This document shows positions 48,401 through 60,340 of a stretch of DNA of 64,000 bases, in pieces; position 1 is the stretch's first letter; the number at the start of each line of letters is the position of its first letter. The DNA is from Paragordius varius (Eukaryota > Animalia > Nematomorpha). The position numbers were made by a program, and so were the translations under genes. The notes beneath the pieces are model-generated. The model was not told where the DNA came from. It was given only the letters and a program-made list of their open reading frames with translations, and made no database searches. Location: assembly GCA_964247055.1 (NCBI GenBank), contig OZ176050.1, forward strand, positions 9,362,001 through 9,426,000. Direction: 5' to 3'.

Positions 48401-51400
48401 CCTTTGATTCAAATTGAGGTAGTAAAATACCCCAGGCTTGTTTAAATATGAATTTTCTAAAAATATGGAATAACAAAAGTTTGCACTTATATAACATTAA
48501 TGAACCGGAATATAATAAAAAATTCATTCAAAAATACTTGATATATTACTTATTCATGGGTAAAACCGAAAGGTAAAAATTTAGCCAAGTTGACAAGTGT
48601 ACATAAGAAAAAAACAAAAATAATGCAAAATATGCCACTTTTTCTGTTTATAAAAAAATGTGAATTTAATAAAAAAGTAAATTTTTTAGGGTTAGAATCA
48701 AATAAACACGATATTTTGCAAAAATGTTGTAAAATAAAAATGGCATCTAGTGGTTTGATATGGAACTTTTTTTCCAAAACTAAATTTTATTTAGATATTT
48801 TGGTTTATTCAAATAATTTTTATAGGATAGAAGCATAAATTTAAATTGGGACCGTTTATTCCAGTTCTAAAATCAATTTCATTATTGTCTGGGGTATTTA
48901 GACACCCCAATTGAAATCGAAGTAAACGTGTAAAAATTATTTTAAACAGTATGTGGAACTATGGGCCGTAACAATTTGCTGGACCTATATCTTCATATGG
49001 TTAAACGTTAAAAATTTATTATATTTTTTAATCATTTGGAGAAAAAATGTAAAAATTTTAGGAAAGAATAAACAATTTTCATTGCTTGATCAGGGTACTG
49101 ATGTGTAAATCTACAATTTTTGAATTGTAATTGACATTTAGAAATAAATCAGGCCAAGCATATAATATTTAAATTTGATAAAAAGTTTTCAATAATGGTA
49201 AACATACCGTTTAGATGAGGTGTCATTAACAAAGAATCGTCTGCTACAAATTTGTTTAGTGGCTGATGAACATATTCATCCGAAACGTCCATTAGGGTAC
49301 TGTTAGCGTTTACTGTTAATGGTGATATTTGATTCTGTTGTTGATTATTACCACAAATGCTGTAATCTAAAGTTGTATTGCAATTTTTATTGTTGGTCGT
49401 AACATTCGATGAAGGCGAAGAATGTGAAAGAAACGTCATTAGCCCAGAAGAAAACTTAGATGTCGAAAGTCGACGAATAGCTTTTTGTGAACTCGTGTTT
49501 AGATTGACACAATTTATGTTGTCGGTATTATTTATTTTATTAACGGGAGAAGATGAAATCATTTTGGGTTTGTTACTGTCAACGTTGTTTTTTGTCATAG
49601 ATGATAGTTTATTACTCGTATCTTTATCAATAGACAACGTTTTATGTAGATGAGAATTTGTATTGCCATTTAAATCATCCAGTTGTGATGATGGGAAAAA
49701 AGATCCGTTTGTAATTGGAGAACACAATGTGGCGTTCAGTGGTTTACCATTTGGTATATAGAAAGGACTAGCTTTGTGATGTACAATCATATCAAATGCC
49801 GAATATATTGGTCCCGATGTAGAATGGAGCCTGGATTGCGTTGTGGATTCATCACAAATAATGCCATTCAGATTATTTGGTTTTGGATTGTTCCTACCTT
49901 GCTTTCTATCGGGAGAGCTTTGAAGTAAACTGTTATGCGATTCAACTACATGATTTTTATGCAATGATTTTAAACCATTTTTATTTCCAACACTATGGTT
50001 ATGATTGGTGGTATTTCCGTGCAACGGTGTAGTCGAATTATTAAGTATTGATAACTCTGTCAACGCTCCGGCATCCAATAATGCTACGTTAATATTCAAT
50101 TTCTATGATGAAAACAAAATTAATAATGTAACAAACAAAATAAAATTTTGATTTAAAGAAATTATATCATACAAATCTACTAAAAAGTCAAATATATAAA
50201 ACCTCTATATATGTGACAAAGATGGGAAAGGTTGTCAAATACGGTATATAAAATGAATGCAATTAATATTTGATAGAAAAACAAATTCAATTAGTCACGC
50301 AAGATTCATGATCTTAATAAATTATATATTATATGATACGGAAACCGTATAATATAAATTTTATTTTGACATTTTATTTACAGTTTTTTAAAAAAATCCC
50401 ATATTATAAGATATATGCCGCTTAAAAAATATAATGGGAATGAATATATACATAATTGAATATCTTTGGAAAGTTTATGCAATAAATTTAAAATATATAT
50501 AATCATATATTGAATATGTAAGTCATAGCGTTGGTCAAATCTAAAAAGAGATAAATCACTCTTCGAACTTTTTTCTGATGTAACATGTTTGACAAAAAAT
50601 CCAAAGTTTAAATTAATGAGTTTAAAAAATCCTGTTTTTTTATTTCAAAAAAGCCCCTATGGATCATTTACATTCAAATTTATTCCTTTTTTATTCAAAA
50701 AATCTAAGTATATATTAATTTAATTTGGAATATAAAAGTAAGAGAATACTTTGAATATTTATAATTTATAACAAGCAGTATAGTTAGTATCTATCATATA
50801 TGGATTGACTTAAATTAACATAAAAAACCTTTTACAGTTAAGTCACATATTCGAACTTAAAAAGCGCCATAAATTAACGGAAGGCGACTTTGGAAAATGG
50901 TAAAATGTTTAAAAATTTATACCATATTCCCCTTTGACGTGAAAATTATTTTGCAATTATATAAATGGGAATTAAACATTATTAAGGTTCAAATTATCAT
51001 ACAAGTATTATTTTACATATTTTTTAGAAAACCGCATTAATAAGCCTAGGATGTGTTATAACCTAATTGCTGGATAAATCAAATATACTAAGTCAAGATA
51101 TGTTTGCAAAGAAAATGATAAAATTGAAATTCCCTGATTCCAGTTAAAAACGTTTGCTAAAAAATCGAAAATAATAAATAACGATATTTCCAATTTTGAA
51201 TTAGGATGGTGCTGCTATTTATATGATACAGTAAAATGATATTTTTGTCCAAAAAAGGTGTTTTAATTGGCGCATCGAAAAATTTGTAAATCCCTAAACA
51301 AGAATTATATTTTTGTGTTTTCTTGCTTGATAAAATATCTTTATGAACCAATTAAAAGGCTTCTTAGCCAATAATATTTCTCAAAAACAACAATTAAACC

Positions 51401-52907
51401 TAGTTTTTAATGGCCAGGTAGGTAAGCTTTGACCTAAGAATATCGGTAAATAAGGGTGAGATAAAGAGCATAATTGTCCTATACTTCAAAAATTAAGATG
51501 AAACTTTGACCCACCATTTTATGGTTAAAAATATTTAAAAAAATAAAATTTATAAATGAGGGGAAAATATCATGATCCGGCTTAATCAATGCATTCAGGG
51601 CATCGAATCTGCTTAACGGTCATATCACATGGTAAGAAGTTACAATTCCACAAACAAAAAAAACTATCTATATTTTTACCATATAAAAAGTATATATAAA
51701 TAACGGAAAGGCATCAATATGTATTATTATATGTACATTGTGGTTAACTGATTGATTACTAATGCCAAATTCCACACGAACTGGAAGTATGCAGTAAATT
51801 AATAAAAAATTAAATCTAGTTGGGAAAATCATTAATTTAAAAATTGTTTTTATGGTTATTCCCCCATTTCATCTTTTGCATTTCAAAGTTGTAAATTTTT
51901 TTATTATACTGCATGCATTCCTTTGTAACGATAATTTTATATACATATAGTATTCAAATTGATTAAAAAATTTAGTAAAATAAAAAAACATCTTTTCCTT
52001 TTTATACAAAATGAGAATCGTTATGGAAAAGGAAATATATGTGGTGTAACAATAGTTACAGTTAATTACTTTTAGCAACATCTTACACACGGGATTAGCA
52101 GTGTAAATGGGGAATCCATTCTGTATGTGCTTAGTACTTGGTTGCCGTTTTTTTACTTACTATATATAACTGCATTAAAAAAATCAAAATAGGAAGAAAC
52201 GATACAAAAAGAACATAAATGCAATCAATTCCTAGCATTTTTAACATCTTTTCACCCACCTATCTATCCATTCATCCATCAATCAATAAATAATATTGTA
52301 ATATATTATATAACATTAGCCAATAACTGTACTATAAAAAATATTGGTAAAAATAATAATAAACGATAGTGTCCATAAATATGGGATGTTAAAAATACGG
52401 TTGCATATAATTTAAATGTTAAAAGCTTCAAAAAAAATTAAAAACCTAAATGCGTTGCAAACAGTTGTACCCTAAACTATATGATCTGAATAAGGTATGT
52501 ACTATTTAATTAGTTGTGCGACAAAAACTTCAAAAATATTAAATTGTCATTTTTGAAAGAATTGAAAAATAAAATAAAATGTATTTTGTCGTTTTGTTTA
52601 ACAAAGAACACTTTAATTATGACAGAGCTGTATATTTTAACAAAGAGAATATATAAATGTACAAAACTAAATTTAAATGTATGATATGCAAAATAATTGT
52701 ACAATATAAAAGTAAAAAGTTAAAAATTATCTAACCTTAAACATTATTCAAAAAGACATTCCATTGTTTTGTATTTATACACCAAAAACACTTAAATAAC
52801 CAAAGTACCTGTATAGTTTCAAGAAATTTGGTGTCATTGACCAAATCAGATCCTAAAAGGAATAGGTGATATTTGTTAGTATTATTGTTGGGATAATTTG
52901 CTATCAT
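34421..52907 (-). CDS. ECT2: ECT2/pebble Rho guanine nucleotide exchange factor (BRCT-DH-PH), ~1965 aa, 24 coding exons
   Basis: Exons 52907-52809, 50102-49208, 46734-46394, 46008-45919, 45135-44920, 44491-44392, 44317-44127, 43996-43942, 43379-43203, 42678-42514, 42218-42088, 41478-41255, 40959-40617, 40258-40148, 40033-39937, 39833-39752, 39687-39609, 39500-39366, 38986-38581, 38170-38066, 37419-37109, 36624-36530, 36123-35793, 35539-34421 (5898 nt, phases consistent). Motifs are RLIGPP, YMGATVRKKFNGSKVTHL, VKAEWFWVSIQ, EILNTERNYV, KAYPPFINF, KPECGRQSLEDLMIRPVQRLPS, HINEGKRKTE, TLFLFNDCLE and KMSRAFSF. Exons in the low-complexity regions are less certain. Confidence 0.92.
40048..40101. repeat. 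(AT)n microsatellite in an ECT2 intron
   Basis: Uninterrupted AT run making up about half of a 114-nt intron. Confidence 0.95.
42407..42467. repeat. (TA)n microsatellite in an ECT2 intron
   Basis: Uninterrupted TA run of about 30 units. Confidence 0.95.
47830..48008. repeat. Imperfect inverted repeat (foldback/MITE-like) in ECT2 intron 2
   Basis: The left arm ACAATTGTTGAATCCGTGAAATGATGATATAAA..CAAATGA matches the reverse complement of the right arm (ACAATTGTTAAATCTATAAAATAATGATATAAA..CAAATGA) over about 60 bp. A GAAAC/GTTTC hairpin lies at the centre. Confidence 0.65.
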
Positions 52908-54753
52908 GTGAAAACAAAATCTAAACAATTATAAAATATAATGATTGATTGATTGATTGATTATGAATTTTTTTACAACATTCCATAAATATTTGGTGGA
53001 TTAATAAATTAAATAAAACCTAAAATGATAGATACTTTAGATTGTATTCTATAATCCACAATATATTAAAGAATAAACTGTTTAAAACATTCGGTTGAAA
53101 AATATAATTTTAAGAGTACAAAATACCTAAAATATGGTCAAAAATGTGACATTGATTTTGAGTTTCATATCAATTGCATGAAATAGCATAATTATTTGCG
53201 AACAGATGATGTTTTATTAATTTTAATAGTAATTAAATTTTAGTTTATAAGTACACGTTATAAAAAATAGAGAAGTTTTCTTATTGATTTCTTAACGGAT
53301 TTTATTAAACACCAAAATTGTTCAAATAAATCCAAACAAAAATGTATTGTAAATATTATTAAATAAAAAAACCATACACGTTGCTAATAAAAAATATTCT
53401 TAACTGCTAAAATCGGGGGTTAAAAAATATCTTGATAAGATAATAAATTCTGATAGGAAAATGTATCTGGTTTATTATGATTTCTGGCCTTACAAGTGAT
53501 TTGAAAAAGTGATTTAGTTTTTATGATAACTCCAAAACAGAAAATGGCTGAATTTGCGTAAATTTTAATTTAATAATTATTTTTGGAGCCAAATATTGCA
53601 TTTTATATGACAAAAATATAATACTTTATGTATAAAAGATAAATAATAATTTAATTAAATTTTAAATATTACGAAAATATCAAATCTTTGTACCCGTCCT
53701 TAAATGGCAAGTTCCCTTAATAAAAAGCTAAAAGATCGAGATCATACAATAGATATTTTAAATTGCTAAATATTTGTATTATAATAGTTTTTTTCCAAAA
53801 TTGGATATTTCGCTTACAAATTTAATTTATAGGAAAATTTTGTTGAAACAAGTTTTATGGTATTTTAAATGGTGGAATGGTATAAATTTAACTTATTATA
53901 TAAAAACTTTTAGATATGATTCGATATTGCTGATCATTTCTAGACATGACCTTAGAAATGTGATTATTAAATGTATTTTCTATAATCTACCTAAATCTGA
54001 CAACGAATTATCGATTCTGAGATCTTGTTATCGAATAAAGTAAAGTGTTTTTATAATATCATTAAGTGTTACACCGTTTTCATCATGTTCTAAAATACCA
54101 TAAAATAGGCTTACACAAATCTTTTTTAAAAGTATTTTATCAAAATATTCATTTTTATAAAACAAAATATTTTTAATGCTACAATCTAGCATATATTTTC
54201 CATTATCATCGCCCAATTTAAAAAGATATACTACTTTACCAGCTATTTTAGGAGAGACCATAAATTTAAAACTTCGCTGTTTATTTTTAGATTTACACCT
54301 TATTAAAGACATATTTTGCTTTTTAAACATAGTTCATGATGCATTTTTATGATATATCACAAAGCGTCATGAAAATCAACTCATTTATCCATAAAATATA
54401 TATTAATCATCAGGATATTCTCGATTTAATGCAATGTAATATATTTTATTTATTTCAGTTTTTAAACATTTACAATTCACTTAGATCGACCACAATCAAA
54501 ATAACACTTCCTTGCCAAGTATTCTATCCCAAATTTCAAAAAATTTATAAGACAATGGCCTTCTTGGCACATTATTAGAAAGTTATAATTATGTTATATT
54601 GTAAAGAAATCCTTTTCTCATTCATAAATTTATAGAGAAACTGACAATTTTTTGACAAAAAATCACTAATTTTAATTTTTTACAACTTCGCACAACTACT
54701 TTATATATATATATATATATTTATATAAATACACATTAATAGTCAGACATCAT

Positions 54754-55090
54754 TACCGGTTTGACTAACAAATGCGAAAAGTACGGGGTGGATTAATTTG
54801 ATTTAGATCGTATTTTGTTCATTTGAAATTAAACGACAAATGACACAAGTTAGCTCCACCAAAAAGTAGCGTGTCATGATTATTGGATAAAAAGGCTGTT
54901 GAAAATCATCGTATTTTGGTAGAAACTATGGTGAATATGTTTACTTATTAGCATGCAAAACATGGTTTCGATAATTTAAAAGTTTTGATATGTAAAGAGA
55001 GTGTTCGAGTAGTCCACACATCTGCAAATAGGAGAAAGTGCAAGAATTATTTAATGATGATCCATTTTAAACTCCACGGCAATGACGCAT
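54754..55090 (+). mobile_element. mariner (Mos1-like) transposon 5' relic
   Basis: Translation across lesions gives KKAVENHRILVET-GEYV..CKTWFR*FKS...VQELFNDDP..T, matching the Mos1-type N-terminal double-HTH region (AESHRMLVEAFGE..TCERWFQRFKS..LQALLDED). The left boundary is approximate. Confidence 0.75.
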
Positions 55091-57541
55091 TACATGGACC
55101 ACAAAAACAATCAATCGACCTCAGGAGCAATGTGAAAGGCCAATAAACTCGGCCTATCGCCAATAAATGACAAATTTAAAACATTAATTCATTAAAAATG
55201 AACCAAAATATGCCATAACACGGGAAAATTGATTTCACATGCGAATGCTTTGTCTCACACAGCAAAATCAATGAAAGATACCAAAATATCACCTTGATGG
55301 GATATTCTTCAGCTTCTAATGTATTCACCTCCTTTGACGTCACTATCACATCTTGACATCAATGGAGCACAGATTGCAAAGCTGCACTCCAAAAATTTAA
55401 AGTTAGAAAATGGGTTTGTAAACAGGCTGCAGCAAAACATAATCTGTTTTTCTCATCGTTAAAATAACTTAGGAGATGGGCGCAATGTAAGCCAACGAAT
55501 TAATTTAAAATAAATAATTGATTTCCCCTCAAAATCCGGTGTTTTTACAAAAAACCGGGTTATAACTACACCTGGTCTATAGAGACTGGCGTATAGGTGA
55601 TTTTTTTTAAGTTCGTTTCCACCAAAATTTTCCCGATGATTTGCCGCGGGAAGGCATTGTTATTTACTCAACTAGTATTATTAAGTTGTAATAGTTTTAA
55701 CCCATTAAAAAAAGAAGGAATATTTTAGTTATCTTAAAATATTTTATACTGAAGATTAATGTTGCTTGGTTTCTTAACTGAAACATATTTTGTTGCAAAA
55801 AACTATCTCCGCCCACAATCGGAGCATTTATGAATGGGATTTATATTTATATTATAATCTGTTTGTTAAAATTACATCAAAATATATATAAGTGCAAGGC
55901 ACGATAATGTATGGATTATGTGTAAGGAATTAACTATTCAACGATTCGTTATATATGAGCTAAACTAATGTATAAAAAAAGTTTGTAAGTATCCACAAAT
56001 ACATTATTTAAATTCTGGAAAAAATAAAACCAAGATATTAGACTGTTTTTAAAATTTTTAATTTTGGTGAAAATTATGAATATATTGCGTACGACAACTT
56101 TTTTCATAATTATAATGTATTTAAAACAAAAATAATGCCTACAGGTAAAATAGCACATTGATGACGAAAAATAATGTTGTTTTTTATTCCGAAAATTGTG
56201 ATGCCTGTGAAAATATATAATATAATTGGACATAAACGCAAAAATTATTTTACCTACCTATTATATATTCAAATATTTCAAAGAATTTTAGAATGTTCCA
56301 ATTAATTGTAGCTCTTTTTAATTCGTCGAATTCTACGTATTCCATTATTATTTATCAGGTATATATCTTTTATGCAGATTAAAGTATTAAATTAGACGTT
56401 TTATGTACCTTCATATTTTTGATTGAACTGGTAAAATATTTTTATAATTTGCAAAAATTATAGGGAATCTTTTTGTTTTCACAATCATATATATTTAGAG
56501 AAGTTTCATACACTACTTAAATTATATATTAAGTATGTTTCAAGCAAAACATTAGCATGGGTTGAATACGAGCTAATCATATATAAATGTACCACTTTTT
56601 ACTTAAAATCAATCCTGATCCTTTATTGTCAGAATTTTTCACCTATTAAAACACTAATTCAATATTTACATACCAATGACATGGCATGTTATTAAACATT
56701 TTAAAGTAAACAACTACCGATATCCTAGGTCAATTGATAGTTATTTAGTCCATTCGTTGAATATTTCACTTTCTTAAAAAAAATCTAATACGGGTTATTT
56801 TACATCACAATGTTGCAGGACCAAAATATTTATACTCAAACTGAAAAACCGCATGCTCCGCTTTAAATGTTTATTGTGGCCATGTAATTTTTGTGAGTTC
56901 AAAAAATCGAAAAATTAAGCCAATTTTTAAAATTATTTCCACTAAAGATAATTTGAATAATTTTTGATTTAACAGTATAAATATAGAATTTTATTAAAAG
57001 TGATGCCAGACATTATCCGCAATTTAGCGGAAAAATCATCTATATAAATATCTATTCCGTTAAAATACGTGTTCTGGAGAGTATTTTTGGTTCCATTTTC
57101 CGAATTAAAGACCGCAAGATCATAGTTACATTGTTAAATAACTAATTTAAAAAAGATAAATGTGAGCTATTTTATCGTATATTGTAAAATTACTTTAAAA
57201 AACAGTTTGAAGAAGTTTTACAAAAAAAAAATTTATAGTATTTTTTTTGTAGAATACGTATAAATAATTGTTAATAAACTTTTGTTTTCTTCACTGAATT
57301 TTTTATTTTAGCCACAGACACTCATTTAAGTTATTTGCTGTGTGAATTTAAATTCATAATTTTACAAAAAATCTAATCGGGGTCTTGGCTAATTTTTAAA
57401 CCATATTTTTTTGATTGGTTAAACCATTTTTATTTCTCGGTTGACTTTGGGTGAGAACCAACAGATGATTTAAAATAGCGTTCAAATAAATGAATTCCCA
57501 CTGAGAGCTTTCCATGCATAAGGATTTTTTTGTAATAAATA

Positions 57542-57840
57542 TACCATTTACACTTCGAATTAACCCTTAAGCAGTTCAATATCACCCTTGAACAATTCAA
57601 ATTCACTTTCGAACAATTCAAATTTACCCTAAAATAAATTTTGTGTTTTTTAAGATAAAAATTACTTATATTTTTAAAAAATAAAATTTTGTTTATACTC
57701 AAAAAATAACAAAATTACCATAATATATTTCATATAAATGATAAGTTATATTAGCCCGAAAACACAATTTACTTTTAGGGTGAATTTGAATTGTTCAGTG
57801 AATTTAAATTCAAGGGTCAATTTGAAAACTGTAAATGGGA
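57542..57840. mobile_element. MITE, TACCATTTAC family, copy 2
   Basis: TA-TACCATTTAC...GTAAATGGGA-TA, with tandem GAACAATTCAAATTCACCC-like units at both ends and interior similarity to copies 1 and 3. Confidence 0.85.
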
Positions 57841-58270
57841 TACTATCGGTTGTAAGAAATTCCTACAGCATTTGGTCAAATATCTGGTAGATGGCTAATT
57901 CAATGAATGTTATATTTTTTCCATTAATTTTAATTAATACAAAAAAATCTTTAGCATCAACTATGATGTTAATTTTCAATATCATTTTTTTACTGATCAT
58001 CTATCATTTTGATCTCTGCCTAAAATAAGTGTCAATATATTTTTGTCGATGATTTCATTGTTAAATTATTATACAATTTAAGTCATTTTACCTAAGGCAT
58101 TTTCTTTTTATCATTATGTTAAAATTGACTAGGCCTCCTAACAACTGCTTATTTGGTGTCGATGTAGACATCAGATTATATTATTATGCGACCGGCAAAA
58201 CCTTATGTGATTAATCGTTAATTATAGAATCACAAGTTAATAATGTAAAAAGGAAGTATGAATGATTATA

Positions 58271-58473
58271 TAGTCATGTATCCTTTATTTTATCAAAAAA
58301 TTATTTTTTTTTCGTTAAATGGCTATAAATATTTGGAAAAGAATGAAAAGAACAAGGGCTCTTATGGTAATTCTTACACTTTTTTGAAGAATATGATATT
58401 GTTAATACCATAGAGCTCTTGTTTTTCCATTCTTTAACAAAAATATTTTGATAAAATAAAGGATACATGACTG
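58271..58473. mobile_element. Tc1/mariner-type MITE (TA TSD) forming a long foldback
   Basis: 27-bp perfect inverted repeat AGTCATGTATCCTTTATTTTATCAAAA (58272-58298 and 58446-58472), TA at 58269-58270 and 58474-58475, and an ACTG-TA right end. A second inner inverted repeat (GAAAAGAACAAGGGCTC..ATGGTA / TACCATAGAGCTCTTGTTTTTC) is also present. Confidence 0.8.
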
Positions 58474-60057
58474 TAAATGATCCACACTAACTTATTTTTC
58501 CTTAGATTATTTAGATATCCATGCACATTAGGGAAAAATATTGTCTTTAATATATGAATCAAAGTCGATTCAATTTTTTAAACAGATTAAATAAACGAAA
58601 ATGTTTTTATATTATAAAATCTTATAAATAACTTTGATGTGGATATTTGGAAATACCGTGAAAATTTAAAACTGGTGACTTGGCCAATTTTCATCTCTCA
58701 TAAATTACGTTGTTTTATTCAATATTATTCGTAAACTGCTCATATTCTTAACTCGCATACTTGCATACTTTCGAAAATCCGATTCATATTTTTCATTTAA
58801 TTGAAATCGATATTTGCCGAGATTTTCTATACCATAAATTTATTTAAAGATTATTAATTTGATGCTTATTTTATATTCAAAGATATTTTTTTGTTTATAT
58901 GCCAATTAAATTAATATGATAGGACATTTTTGACTTAATTTGTCAAAATAAAATTACATAATTAATGATAATACCCTTTTGTTATGGTTCGTAATGTATT
59001 CATAAACATTGGCGGCAAACAATTTTTGAAATCAATTTTATATTTGCATTTTGATGATACCTTTTAAAAGCTTGATCATTTTCTAAACATATTATCTCCC
59101 TTTGGTGGGCATCTAGTGATTAATGACTCGGGGTTATCTGAATTAGCCCGGAATCGTTAAACACCTAAAGATATTATGCCTCTGTGAGTTGATTTTGTCA
59201 ATAGCATTTTATAGATTAAAAAAGTTAAAAGAAAATATGGACTAAAAGTGGTTTTTGAGTCGACTTTTTACAAGGCCACCCAGAGCAATTTGAGTCTGAT
59301 AACGTCTCATTCGTATGACGCTTAAAACCGGGGAAACCTAAACCGTACGGCCCAAATAGACTTTAATTTTAAATTAATCTATACCTAAATAGTTATCAGT
59401 TGTTTGAACGCTTTCGAAACACTATTTATGCTACGATGATCCCCATTTCTATTTACCGATTATAAAGTATTAGTATATTTTTCATTTGCCATATTTGAAA
59501 ATTGCATTATATTGTTTTAATTACTTCGAGGGAGATAGCTATAAAATTACCTTTCTTAAAATTTATTTTATTGATAGGTTGTAAATATTATACATCAGTA
59601 TTAGAGCAAAATATTTTTTTCGGAAATCGAACCTAGTAATATTATTGTTTTGTTTAACTAAGCCTGCAAATATTTGCAAGCCTGGTTAAAAACATTAAAA
59701 CACGGGGTAGTTCACAAAGATAAAAAATGTTTGTTATGAACCTTAAATTGTGTGTTTATCATACCTGATATTAAGATTTAAACGAAAATTTGTTTTTATG
59801 AATATAACTTGCGATTTGATAGTTTAATCAGACATTGTATTTGGAAAAAACTCAGAATTTTTTTCAATAATACAACAATTTAAATTGAATTATTTTGTCA
59901 ATTATAATTTGGATATACCTTAAGTATGTCGGTTAAATTTTTCCATCAAATATATTTTCCATACCAAAAAAAACAAGGGTGGGCTCATCAGCTAATCAAA
60001 ATATACGAAGCGCTTAAAATATCTATTCTGTATTTGATAATCTCGATTATACAAATT

Positions 60058-60340
60058 TACCATTTACAGTTCAAATTCATCCTCGAACAATTTAAATTCC
60101 CCCTAAAAATATATTAGATGTTTTTTAAGATTAAAAATTACTTTTATTCTATAATATTTTTAAAATATGAATGGTTAAAATTAATATAATGCTGAAAAAA
60201 TAATAAACTATGTCGTAAAAATATATTTAATATTAATGATGTGTTATATTATCCCGAAAACACATAATTTATTTTTAGGGTAAATTTGAATTGTTCAAGG
60301 GGATGAATTGTTCGAGGGTGAATTTGAATTGTAAATGGTG
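60058..60340. mobile_element. MITE, TACCATTTAC family, copy 3
   Basis: TACCATTTACAGTTCAAATTCATCCTCGAACAA...TTGTTCGAGGGTGAATTTGAATTGTAAATGGTG-TA. Shares the interior CCCGAAAACACA..ATTT..TTTTAGGGT block with copy 2. Confidence 0.85.

Noticed and set aside
55260-55400. Minus-strand translation ...RCDSDVKGGEYI resembling a Tc1/mariner C-terminus
   Set aside because: Too short and degenerate, with no TIR or DDE motif to support a feature call.
59950-59992. Minus-strand CTGATGAGCCC as a hammerhead core
   Set aside because: No complementary stem II strand followed by CGAAA.
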